From Candidatus Bathyarchaeia archaeon (lineage in GTDB: Bacteria; Patescibacteriota; Microgenomatia; PFEM01; JAFGMK01): a stretch of 64,000 nt of DNA. Shown here one piece after another: positions 56,995 to 64,000 of the stretch (its first letter is position 1; each line of letters starts with the position of its first letter). The translations under genes were made by a program, and so were the position numbers. The notes below the pieces were generated by a model. The model was not told where the DNA came from. It saw only the letters and a list, made by a program, of their open reading frames with translations, and did no database searches. The DNA is taken from the NCBI GenBank assembly GCA_035529595.1, contig DATKWK010000017.1:314961-378960 (forward strand), read 5' to 3'.

Positions 56995-57513
56995 ATGCAT
57001 GATCTATTTAAAAAAAGACGAAGTGTCAGAAAATATACGTCGCATCCAGTAAGTGATCGCCAAATTAAAGAGATTCTTTTAGCGGCGATGATAGCTCCTT
57101 CTGCAAATAATTTGCATCCGGTTGAATTTCTAGTTATTAAAGATAAGAAAAAATTAAAAAAGCTTTCCCAATGTGGCCTGTGGCAGCAATTTATCAAAAA
57201 TGCCCCGGTGGCGATTGTTGTGATTAGCAATCCGGTCAAAAGCAAGAATTTTTGGCTAATCGATGCCAGTATTGCTGCAGCCTATATTTATTTAGAAGCT
57301 ACCAACCAAGGATTGGCTACCTGCTGGGCAAATATCTATAAGGGTAAAACCGAGGATAGCCAAGATCGGGAAGCTTACGTCAGAAAAATATTAAGAATAC
57401 CAGTTGAAAAACGAGTGGTTTGTGTTATGCCGGTCGGTTATCCTGATGAGACAGCCAAAGAACACGATCGGGCGGATTACGATGAGAAAACTGTTCATTG
57501 GGAAAGATGGTAA
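56995..57513 (+). CDS. nitroreductase family protein
   Basis: RRSVRKY...PSANNLHP...GLATCW. ATG at 56995 is preferred over the upstream TTG. Confidence 0.75.
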   Translation: MHDLFKKRRSVRKYTSHPVSDRQIKEILLAAMIAPSANNLHPVEFLVIKDKKKLKKLSQCGLWQQFIKNAPVAIVVISNPVKSKNFWLIDASIAAAYIYLEATNQGLATCWANIYKGKTEDSQDREAYVRKILRIPVEKRVVCVMPVGYPDETAKEHDRADYDEKTVHWERW

Positions 57514-57631
57514 AGTTATCCGGTTAGTAAGTCGTGATATCTGTAATTATAACAACGTTTTTATATTCTCTATCAGACTTTTCTCCTCTCAACTGAGTTG
57601 ATTAGATGTAATCTGTAAGTGTAATTTTTGG

Positions 57632-58282
57632 TTGATTGTTCTCAATATATGCTATAATCAGCCTCAAAATATGAACGAACTGGCCGAAATAATTAAATCG
57701 ATTTTCGAGTCACGGTATCTTAAAAGAGTGGAAAGGTCAGGGACTTCTCTTTTTCTGGGAAACGAGATCCAAGAATCGGTGGTGGAACACTCCTTCTTTA
57801 CTTGTCTTTGGGCTTTAGTCATTTCCCATCTGAATCCCTCTTTAGACCTCAGTAAGCTGCTGACTATGTGTCTAATTCATGACCTTGAAGAAGTCCGTAT
57901 CGGTGATCTTAATCAGATTAATAGATCCTATTTTACCCAAGATCCTGAAATCAAAGCTTTTTCCGATATGTGGAAACGGAGTCAGTTAGGGAAGAAACTG
58001 ACAGGAATCCATAAAGAGCGTCATGCGGTATCAACTCCTGAAAGCCAGGCGGCTTATGATGCTGATGTGCTTTCAGAACTGATTCTTGAAAAAGAATATT
58101 TGGAAAAAGGGGTTAAAGAAGCCAAAGAATGGATTGAGTTTACGATAAGGCGGTTAAAAACCAAAGAAGGTAAAAAGATTGCCGCTGAAATCAATAGGCA
58201 TCATTTGGCAGAGTGGTGGGAAGAAGCCAAAAACGCAATCAGAAAACGTCACGGTTTAAAACCGGTTTCTTACAGGAAATAG
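57632..58282 (+). CDS. HD-domain hydrolase (YfbR-like 5'-deoxynucleotidase family)
   Basis: EHSFFTCLWALVISHL...LIHDLEEVRIGDLN. Confidence 0.6.
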   Translation: MIVLNICYNQPQNMNELAEIIKSIFESRYLKRVERSGTSLFLGNEIQESVVEHSFFTCLWALVISHLNPSLDLSKLLTMCLIHDLEEVRIGDLNQINRSYFTQDPEIKAFSDMWKRSQLGKKLTGIHKERHAVSTPESQAAYDADVLSELILEKEYLEKGVKEAKEWIEFTIRRLKTKEGKKIAAEINRHHLAEWWEEAKNAIRKRHGLKPVSYRK

Positions 58283-58350
58283 TCTCGCTTCGCCAATATA
58301 AGTCAAGTAAAACTTAGCTGCCGATAAACTAACTGATTTCAAGTTTCTAT

Positions 58351-58782
58351 CTATTGTGCCTTGGGAGTTTTTTTGGTTTTCCTGATCGAGATAACCAGAT
58401 AGGCTGTTGTCCCGATAACCAGAAGAAGGATATTAGCGATAATAAATAAGTTGCCCAGGGGAAAGAAAGAAAAAGCACTTCCGGAGAAACCTCCATAGAC
58501 ACCTGGAGCTTTTTCACGGCTACTGTCTAGGTTCAGTATTTGTACACCAAACGGATTCAGTATTCCTCTGCCGCTCAGAGGAGCGAATTGATCCGTTGGT
58601 GATAGATTAAACCAGCCTTCTTCCGGAGCCGGTTGGGATACAACCGGACTTTCCTGATAACGGCGTTCGCTTTCAGACTGGCGTCTAAGTTCTTCCATTT
58701 GCTGCTGGTTAATCAAGGCAATCAAAGCCGAATACGGAGTGACGATATGGGCTTGTTCCGCAAAAGCTTGGGCATTATCCAA
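58351..58782 (-). CDS. membrane-anchored hypothetical protein
   Basis: 143 aa with a C-terminal TM helix. Confidence 0.3.
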   Translation of the reverse strand: MDNAQAFAEQAHIVTPYSALIALINQQQMEELRRQSESERRYQESPVVSQPAPEEGWFNLSPTDQFAPLSGRGILNPFGVQILNLDSSREKAPGVYGGFSGSAFSFFPLGNLFIIANILLLVIGTTAYLVISIRKTKKTPKAQ

Positions 58783-59188
58783 AAAGACAAGATTTTGGGT
58801 TTGGGAATCTTGGTATTTTCTAAACTGATTCAGAAGGTATGCTTGTCTGGCAAGATAGGAGAAGAGATTACTGTCGTCTATCGTCAGTACAGGCCACTCA
58901 GGCGTGGAAGCGCTAATTGCTTCTATAGATTGTTCTTGAGAATAATACTCCAGTAGGCTCCGGTAGTGAGTTCGGTAACATCCGTGTTTTCACGCAGCTA
59001 AGTCGTTACCAGGTAATGACTGATTGCTTGAGGTAGACTATCAACTATTTGGCCGCCATTTTTTATCGACTGGGAAGTAAACTCTTGGCGGTAAGGTGGA
59101 ATTAAGTTGCTGTTGTGGAGCAAGCTAAGGTTTAATTTAACCTAAAATCTCCCAGTTTCCTGGGGTGTGAACCTAAACCACCCTTAGG

Positions 59189-59461
59189 GTGGAACTTTTA
59201 AAGTTTGGCAAGATTTTAAACAGCAGACCTTCGGGTCATGAAGCTGCATTGAGAGTCAAGCAGATAATCAATGGTCAAGGAAAAGAAGTAAAAACTATTG
59301 TGCTTGATATGGAAGATATAGATGTGTTGACACCATCTTTTGCTGACGAGTTTATAAGAGGTGTAAAAGATTTATATCCTAAAGTTAAAGTGGAATTAAA
59401 GGGTTATCAAAGCAATCCCGTGCTTCAGCAGACACTTCAAACCATCGGTCTGTTAGATTAA
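59189..59461 (+). CDS. STAS-like domain protein (DUF4325-like)
   Basis: LNSRPSGHEAALRVKQII...VLDMEDIDVLTPSFADEFI. Confidence 0.4.
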   Translation: MELLKFGKILNSRPSGHEAALRVKQIINGQGKEVKTIVLDMEDIDVLTPSFADEFIRGVKDLYPKVKVELKGYQSNPVLQQTLQTIGLLD

Positions 59462-59519
59462 AAAAGCCATTTTGAAGGAATTTGCACTTTTTTCCTGAAG
59501 ATTGTTGATGAATATTTTT

Positions 59520-59582
59520 ATATCCTCTAAACTAAAATCAAACTCTAACTTATGGTTGCAGAATAAGTCCTTTAGGGGGAGC
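59520..59582 (+). repeat. ~63-nt intergenic repeat ending in GAATAAGTCCTTTAGGGGGAGC (copy A)
   Basis: About 80% identical to 60579-60640, with a 22-nt exact core. Confidence 0.6.
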
Positions 59583-59642
59583 TAAAAAATCGCCAATCAG
59601 GCAGTTTTTTGGTAGAATAGAGAAAGATATTAAATAAACAAA

Positions 59643-59909
59643 ATGCCCTACATAGCAATATCTACTGTCGTATTAGCCATTATTACAGTAGTCGTAATTT
59701 ATATAGTAAAAAGTAGGATGAGATATATGGGGCAAGAGACGAAAAAAGAAAATAAACTAATGTTCTGGATCGGAATAGTAATTGTAGCAATAGCAGTGAT
59801 ATTTTTCTTAACAGCGAAAGAAGAATTTGAGAATAAGATGTGGGCTGTTCCTATTTGGATAATGGGGATAGGATTAATAGCGGGTTCACGATATAGATTT
59901 CTGAAGTAA
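59643..59909 (+). CDS. small membrane protein, hypothetical
   Basis: 88 aa with three TM helices. Confidence 0.35.
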   Translation: MPYIAISTVVLAIITVVVIYIVKSRMRYMGQETKKENKLMFWIGIVIVAIAVIFFLTAKEEFENKMWAVPIWIMGIGLIAGSRYRFLK

Positions 59910-59939
59910 TAAGTTTTCTTTAAGACTATTCACTAAAAA

Positions 59940-59970
59940 GGTCCGAACATCGTCCGTCAGGGGGAGCTTG
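59940..59970 (+). repeat. CGTCCGTCAGGGGGAGCT motif (copy B)
   Basis: Shares about 26/31 nt with 62496-62524, and the AGGGGGAGC core with copies A and C. Confidence 0.45.
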
Positions 59971-59996
59971 TAGCCTCAAAATGATATACTTCAGGT

Positions 59997-60527
59997 ATGA
60001 AGCTGTTTCGTTTTAGCCCAATAAAAGATAAAACTCAGTTATTTAAAGCAATTGAATATATTCATTTTGAATCATTTAGACTGTGCAAACAAAATCTTGG
60101 TTATTATTTACCAGTTGCTGGAAATGTAGGTGTCTTTTGCCATTACGAGGATGAATTTGAGCGATTGATCAAGATTAGAAAAGAGCTAACAGATCTATAT
60201 GATAATTGGAACCAGAAATATTTTCGTCTTCATAAACCAATCGTTATTCCTGCTAAAAATGACATACCAGAGACAACTTATACCTATCTTTATATCCGCA
60301 AACCTGACCCTAGCCATCATCATGTCGGTGATGTAGATTTTTATCTAGAACCCAACAAATACAGAGAATTAAAAGGATCTTTATTATCCGGAAAGATTAT
60401 GAAGGGAGTAAGAATATTTGAAAGACCCGATCTTGACTTGATTAGACTTTATGATTCAGATAGCGATATTAGTGCCTTTGTCGGTAAAAAGAAAATAACA
60501 GAGGATGTAAGAGAAGGACAAATTTAG
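59997..60527 (+). CDS. hypothetical protein
   Basis: 176-aa ORF. No family recognised. Confidence 0.35.
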   Translation: MKLFRFSPIKDKTQLFKAIEYIHFESFRLCKQNLGYYLPVAGNVGVFCHYEDEFERLIKIRKELTDLYDNWNQKYFRLHKPIVIPAKNDIPETTYTYLYIRKPDPSHHHVGDVDFYLEPNKYRELKGSLLSGKIMKGVRIFERPDLDLIRLYDSDSDISAFVGKKKITEDVREGQI

Positions 60528-60578
60528 GAAGCAAGGTTTAATTGGGGTTCTAATTTAAGGTTATTAATAACTGTCTGA

Positions 60579-60640
60579 ATATCCTTAATATTAAATCCAA
60601 ATTCTATCTTAGGTTGATGAATAAGTCCTTTAGGGGGAGC
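60579..60640 (+). repeat. ~62-nt intergenic repeat ending in GAATAAGTCCTTTAGGGGGAGC (copy C)
   Basis: Followed by a GGGGGCC-gttt-GGCCCC hairpin and a TTGACT-N17-TATAAT promoter for the 60784 gene. Confidence 0.6.
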
Positions 60641-60783
60641 AAAATTCTGGGGGCCGTTTGGCCCCAAAATTCTGCTCTGTGTGGTTTTGGAGAGAACCTC
60701 TGGTTCGCCGTGTCCGGGAAAAAAAGTTGCACTTGACTTTAGAATGTAGGGAACTATAATCGCGGTTTTGCTATAATTAAAAT

Positions 60784-62454
60784 ATGAAAACTAAACTAAT
60801 CTTAGTTTTTGTTTTAGTTCTTTCTCTTTTTCTCCGAGTTTATAAACTTGACAGCTTGGAATTATTTGGGGATGAGATCGATGTCGGTTATCATACATAC
60901 TCACTTCTAAAAACTGGCCGAGATTATCGAGGCCATCTTTTGCCTTTTTACTTCCAGTCTTTAGCAGAGTGGAGGGCGCCACTCTTGATGTATGTCTCAG
61001 TTCCTTTTGTTGCCATTTTTGGACTTAATGAATGGGGGGTTAGACTGCCAACTGTCTTTTTTGGAGTATTAAGTATTTTTTTACTTTTTAAGCTAGTGAA
61101 GATTTTGTCTAAAAGTAATTCTTTAGCTTTGTGGTCGGCTTTTGTTTTGGCAATTACCCCGTGGCACCTTCATTATTCTCGAGCTGCATTTGAAGTAACC
61201 CTATTGTTAGCTTTAATTTTGGGAGGAACGATTGTTTTTTTGAAAGGGAAATGGTCTTGGTCGGCCTTATTGTTTAGTTTAAGTTTTTACACTTATAATA
61301 CGGCTAATCTTTTTGTTCCCTTGTTCCTGCTCACCTTATTATTGTTGGCTTGGAAGTCAAAGAAGGCCGAATTTTCAAAGAAGAAACTGATTCGGGCAGG
61401 CTTGGTTTTTCTGGTAGCTTCTTTGCCTATTGTCTTGACTATTGCCAGAGGGCAGGGATCGGCCAGGTTTAGACAAATTAGTATTTTTAGTGATCAAAAA
61501 ACAGTTGGAAAGATTGTTTACAAACGGACGACGGGGATCAGTCAAGGTCAAGAAAGATTTTTTCATAATAAATTACTCGCTTGGGGAAACAATTTCTTGA
61601 GCAACTATTCTGGATTTGTCTCCCCTCAGTTTCTCTTTTTTACTGGTGATCCTAACCCTCGTCACAACCAGCCTGGGTTTGGCCAGTTTTTACTCGTGTT
61701 AGCGCCTTTTTTTGTTCTCGGATTAGAAGAGTGGGGAAGGTTTAGAGATAGGTTTTTTAAAAAAATTATTTTGTTTTGGCTTGTTTTGGGTCCTATCGCT
61801 ACTGCTCTAACTGAGGGAGGAGGTTTCCATGCAACTCGTCTTTTTATAGTTCTCCCCCCGTTGGTAATTCTAACTGCAATTGGGCTTAATTGGTTTTTTA
61901 CAATACTAAAAGGTCGTCTCAGAGCTGCTTTGTTCGTTTTAATTTTAATTAGTTTGGGGTTAAACATGGTTTTGTGGTTCCATAATTACTTGGTCCATTA
62001 TCCAAAGGAAGCAGCAGACTATTGGAATTATGGTTACAAAGAGGCTTTTACTTGGTTGCAAGGTAACGAACAAGTAGAAAGGATCTTTATAAATAATCAT
62101 CATGAACCAGCTCTAACGCGCTACTTATTTTGGAGTCGTTTGTCTCCCTTAGAATTTCAAGGAAACTTCGTAAATGACAGTTCGGTTGATAATCTTTTAC
62201 CGGACTTTGATGGTTTTCAGCTTGGGAATGTCTACTTTGGTGGAATTGATTCTAGTGATAGGGTCAACTGGTTTAAAAATAACTTAGAAAAAGGAGACGT
62301 CTACTTAGCTATTCGCAATCAAGAGGTTCCTTTTGATCAAGATCGGACAAAAGAAACACCTGGGGGGATAGAAATCAAAAAAGTTGTTTATGACCCCTGG
62401 GGGGAACCGTTAATGTATTGGTTAACAAAAGGAACTGAATGGGTCGGTGACTAA
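60784..62454 (+). CDS. GT-C membrane glycosyltransferase (GT39/ArnT/PMT_2-like)
   Basis: About 12 TM helices. The first loop carries FGDEIDVGYHTYSL (DE motif), plus a large C-terminal periplasmic domain. Confidence 0.65.
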   Translation: MKTKLILVFVLVLSLFLRVYKLDSLELFGDEIDVGYHTYSLLKTGRDYRGHLLPFYFQSLAEWRAPLLMYVSVPFVAIFGLNEWGVRLPTVFFGVLSIFLLFKLVKILSKSNSLALWSAFVLAITPWHLHYSRAAFEVTLLLALILGGTIVFLKGKWSWSALLFSLSFYTYNTANLFVPLFLLTLLLLAWKSKKAEFSKKKLIRAGLVFLVASLPIVLTIARGQGSARFRQISIFSDQKTVGKIVYKRTTGISQGQERFFHNKLLAWGNNFLSNYSGFVSPQFLFFTGDPNPRHNQPGFGQFLLVLAPFFVLGLEEWGRFRDRFFKKIILFWLVLGPIATALTEGGGFHATRLFIVLPPLVILTAIGLNWFFTILKGRLRAALFVLILISLGLNMVLWFHNYLVHYPKEAADYWNYGYKEAFTWLQGNEQVERIFINNHHEPALTRYLFWSRLSPLEFQGNFVNDSSVDNLLPDFDGFQLGNVYFGGIDSSDRVNWFKNNLEKGDVYLAIRNQEVPFDQDRTKETPGGIEIKKVVYDPWGEPLMYWLTKGTEWVGD

Positions 62455-62495
62455 TCAAGGGATATTTTCGGCTTAAGTTTTTAAGCGTTTGAGAG

Positions 62496-62524
62496 TTCGG
62501 ATAGCGTCCCACAGGGGGAGCTAG
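62496..62524 (+). repeat. CGTCCCACAGGGGGAGCT motif (copy D)
   Basis: See copy B. Confidence 0.45.
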
Positions 62525-62587
62525 GCGAGACAGAAATAAGATTGTTTTTCCCGAGGTGCAGGAAGGAAACTACCTTGAAGGTGTTAA

Positions 62588-62712
62588 CGGAAAATCCGGG
62601 CCCCGATTTCTTCCGCTCTCTATCTGTCCCATAGTATGGAAATACTAACATAGTTTCTCTTACTAGTCTATTTTTTTTAGTATCCAAGACCCAAGGCATG
62701 AACCTGCTACAT
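62588..62712. repeat. right copy of the ~123-bp inverted repeat (truncated duplicate of the NUDIX promoter and first ~18 codons)
   Basis: Its reverse complement matches 1411-1533. It would encode MGQIESGRNRGPDFPLTPSR* against MGQVESGIDRGPDFSKEVLTP at the left copy. Confidence 0.8.
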
Positions 62713-62764
62713 CTCAGAGGCGTATTCAGAAGTATATTCAAAACTTACAATCTTCGGTCACCAA

Positions 62765-63973
62765 TCAAAAATAACTACTCACTTTTATAATGCTTATTAT
62801 ATTGATATAGGCCAATGGTAAGATAATAAAAACATAATAGATCAACTTTTGGAAACGTTTCCCGATAAAGCGGGAAACCAGCAAAGAAATCGAATAAATC
62901 GAGAGACTATAGTATAAAGCGACAATACCAATAACTGGGAATAAATATCTTCCTGAAGGATGAAAGAAAATAAAATTATCGCGGATTATGGCCGCTAAAA
63001 CAATGGATAAGAATAAACAAAGCAAAGAGAGTGATTTCTTTTGAAAGCCGGTGAGTTTCTTCCGGATTTTAACCAGGTACCAGACTAAAAAAGGAAATAA
63101 TAATAAGGTGAGTTTTCTTAAAGCTGAATAAATCATTACTGGCAGATAAATGGCAAACCAACCGAAAACCCCCCAGAAACTGTGAAAAAATAATACTGAC
63201 CACTGCCTCGGGCTATTTCTAATTAGCTGATTACCAACCAGATCAGGATTGACTTTCTTGAGGGCTTGCCAGCCTAAAATATCACCATCCCCATAAAGCC
63301 TGATATTTCTGGAAAACCAAAGTATATAGAGTAATAGGCCCAAAGTTATTGCAGATAACAAAATCGATTTCCTTTTGGCTTTCTGATGCCAAAAAAGCAA
63401 GCAAATAGATATAAAAACTATAGGAAAAAGAACTATCTTGGTGAAAACAGAGGAAAATAAAAGTAAACACCAAAGAATAAACTCCTTCTTGTTCAGTTGC
63501 CGCTGTAGTCCAATTAATGAAAAATAAATAATGAAGGAGGCAAACAAATTTGATAAGGAATCATTGTTTACAGCAATACTCATGAAGGCATACATTGGAA
63601 TTAATGAAGAAATTAAGGCTGTTCCCTTAGCAATATCTGCCTTTTTAGAAAAGACAAAAAAGGTATACTGATAAATTACTAATACGTTTACTAGAGAAAA
63701 TATCAAGGAGGCTAATCTTAAGAAAAGAAGGTTTCTTGTAAGCATATAAACAGGAGTTAAGAGCAGATAATAAAAAGGGGGGTGATGAGCAAGCCCTAAG
63801 TGCTCTAAGGTAGGTATCTGGTGATTTTCAGCAATATATTTTATGTAGGCTATATGAGCTGGTTCATCTGGCGTTTGTCCAAAAGGAACCAGCCTTAAAT
63901 ATATTAGAGAAATAACTAACATCGGTAAAATAAGAAGAAGATATAATTTCCAGTAATTTTTCAATTTATACAT
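62765..63973 (-). CDS. polytopic membrane protein, possibly GT-C glycosyltransferase (DUF2142-like)
   Basis: 402 aa with more than 10 TM helices. The first loop carries GQTPDEPAHIAYIKY. Confidence 0.35.
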   Translation of the reverse strand: MYKLKNYWKLYLLLILPMLVISLIYLRLVPFGQTPDEPAHIAYIKYIAENHQIPTLEHLGLAHHPPFYYLLLTPVYMLTRNLLFLRLASLIFSLVNVLVIYQYTFFVFSKKADIAKGTALISSLIPMYAFMSIAVNNDSLSNLFASFIIYFSLIGLQRQLNKKEFILWCLLLFSSVFTKIVLFPIVFISICLLFWHQKAKRKSILLSAITLGLLLYILWFSRNIRLYGDGDILGWQALKKVNPDLVGNQLIRNSPRQWSVLFFHSFWGVFGWFAIYLPVMIYSALRKLTLLLFPFLVWYLVKIRKKLTGFQKKSLSLLCLFLSIVLAAIIRDNFIFFHPSGRYLFPVIGIVALYYSLSIYSISLLVSRFIGKRFQKLIYYVFIILPLAYINIISIIKVSSYF

Positions 63974-64000
63974 CTTTTTGTTCCAACCTTGTCTCTAATT

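Noticed and set aside
59520-62524. CRISPR array hypothesis for the AGGGGGAGC-containing repeats
   Set aside because: Only four copies, with irregular spacing (393 to 1900 bp). There are two different flanking contexts and no cas genes.
1411-62712. Calling the inverted-repeat-bounded 61-kb block a transposon or integrative element
   Set aside because: No transposase, integrase, recombinase or tRNA target is present. The repeats are a promoter/5'-gene duplication, so only inversion potential is claimed.

Overview
AT-rich bacterial window with small genes, many hypotheticals and little biosynthesis, so probably an uncultivated, reduced-genome lineage (CPR/Patescibacteria-like; this is inference). 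Standard code is in use: TGA/TAA/TAG all terminate intact genes such as metK and rlmN. Recognisable content, left to right:
- Left end: NUDIX hydrolase, DUF4342, AlkD-like DNA alkylation repair protein, YjjX-type ITPase, Zn-ribbon NUDIX.
- OmpR/HK two-component system followed by a CpxP/Spy-like periplasmic protein and a MacA/MacB-type efflux operon. A tandem 'TTTCTCAG' direct repeat recurs upstream of these and looks like the regulator's box.
- Serine hydrolase and CYTH genes, then rlmN, then a SAM-I riboswitch with a UUCG-tetraloop terminator in front of metK.
- lexA / Y-family polymerase operon with a Cheo-type SOS box.
- tgt, GNAT, methyltransferases and a GT4 glycosyltransferase.
- A decay zone: AlkD paralog with an in-frame TGA, a nadE remnant, an MBL-fold remnant.
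- SGNH hydrolase, MFS transporter, HhH-GPD glycosylase.
- A four-gene cluster: P-loop cDPGS-like protein, HD protein, MtnA/e2b2-family sugar-phosphate isomerase, DUF362 ferredoxin.
- An animal-type NNMT/PNMT/TEMT-family N-methyltransferase divergent from a TrmB regulator.
- A domain-permuted PEP-utilising-enzyme-like protein.
- A csoR / HMA-membrane-protein / mnmA / copA copper operon, preceded by a MITE-like palindromic element.
- MazG, nitroreductase and HD 5'-nucleotidase (with 5 NUDIX genes in total across the window).
- Two GT-C-type membrane glycosyltransferases at the right end.

The most striking structural signals are:
- ~123-bp inverted repeats (promoter plus first codons of the NUDIX gene) at 1411-1533 and 62588-62712, bracketing ~61 kb.
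- A three-member family of secreted 'GGPEDxWxCxNGQW' proteins.
- A 60-nt repeat family ending in AGGGGGAGC at the right end.

No tRNA, rRNA, CRISPR array, transposase or integrase was found.
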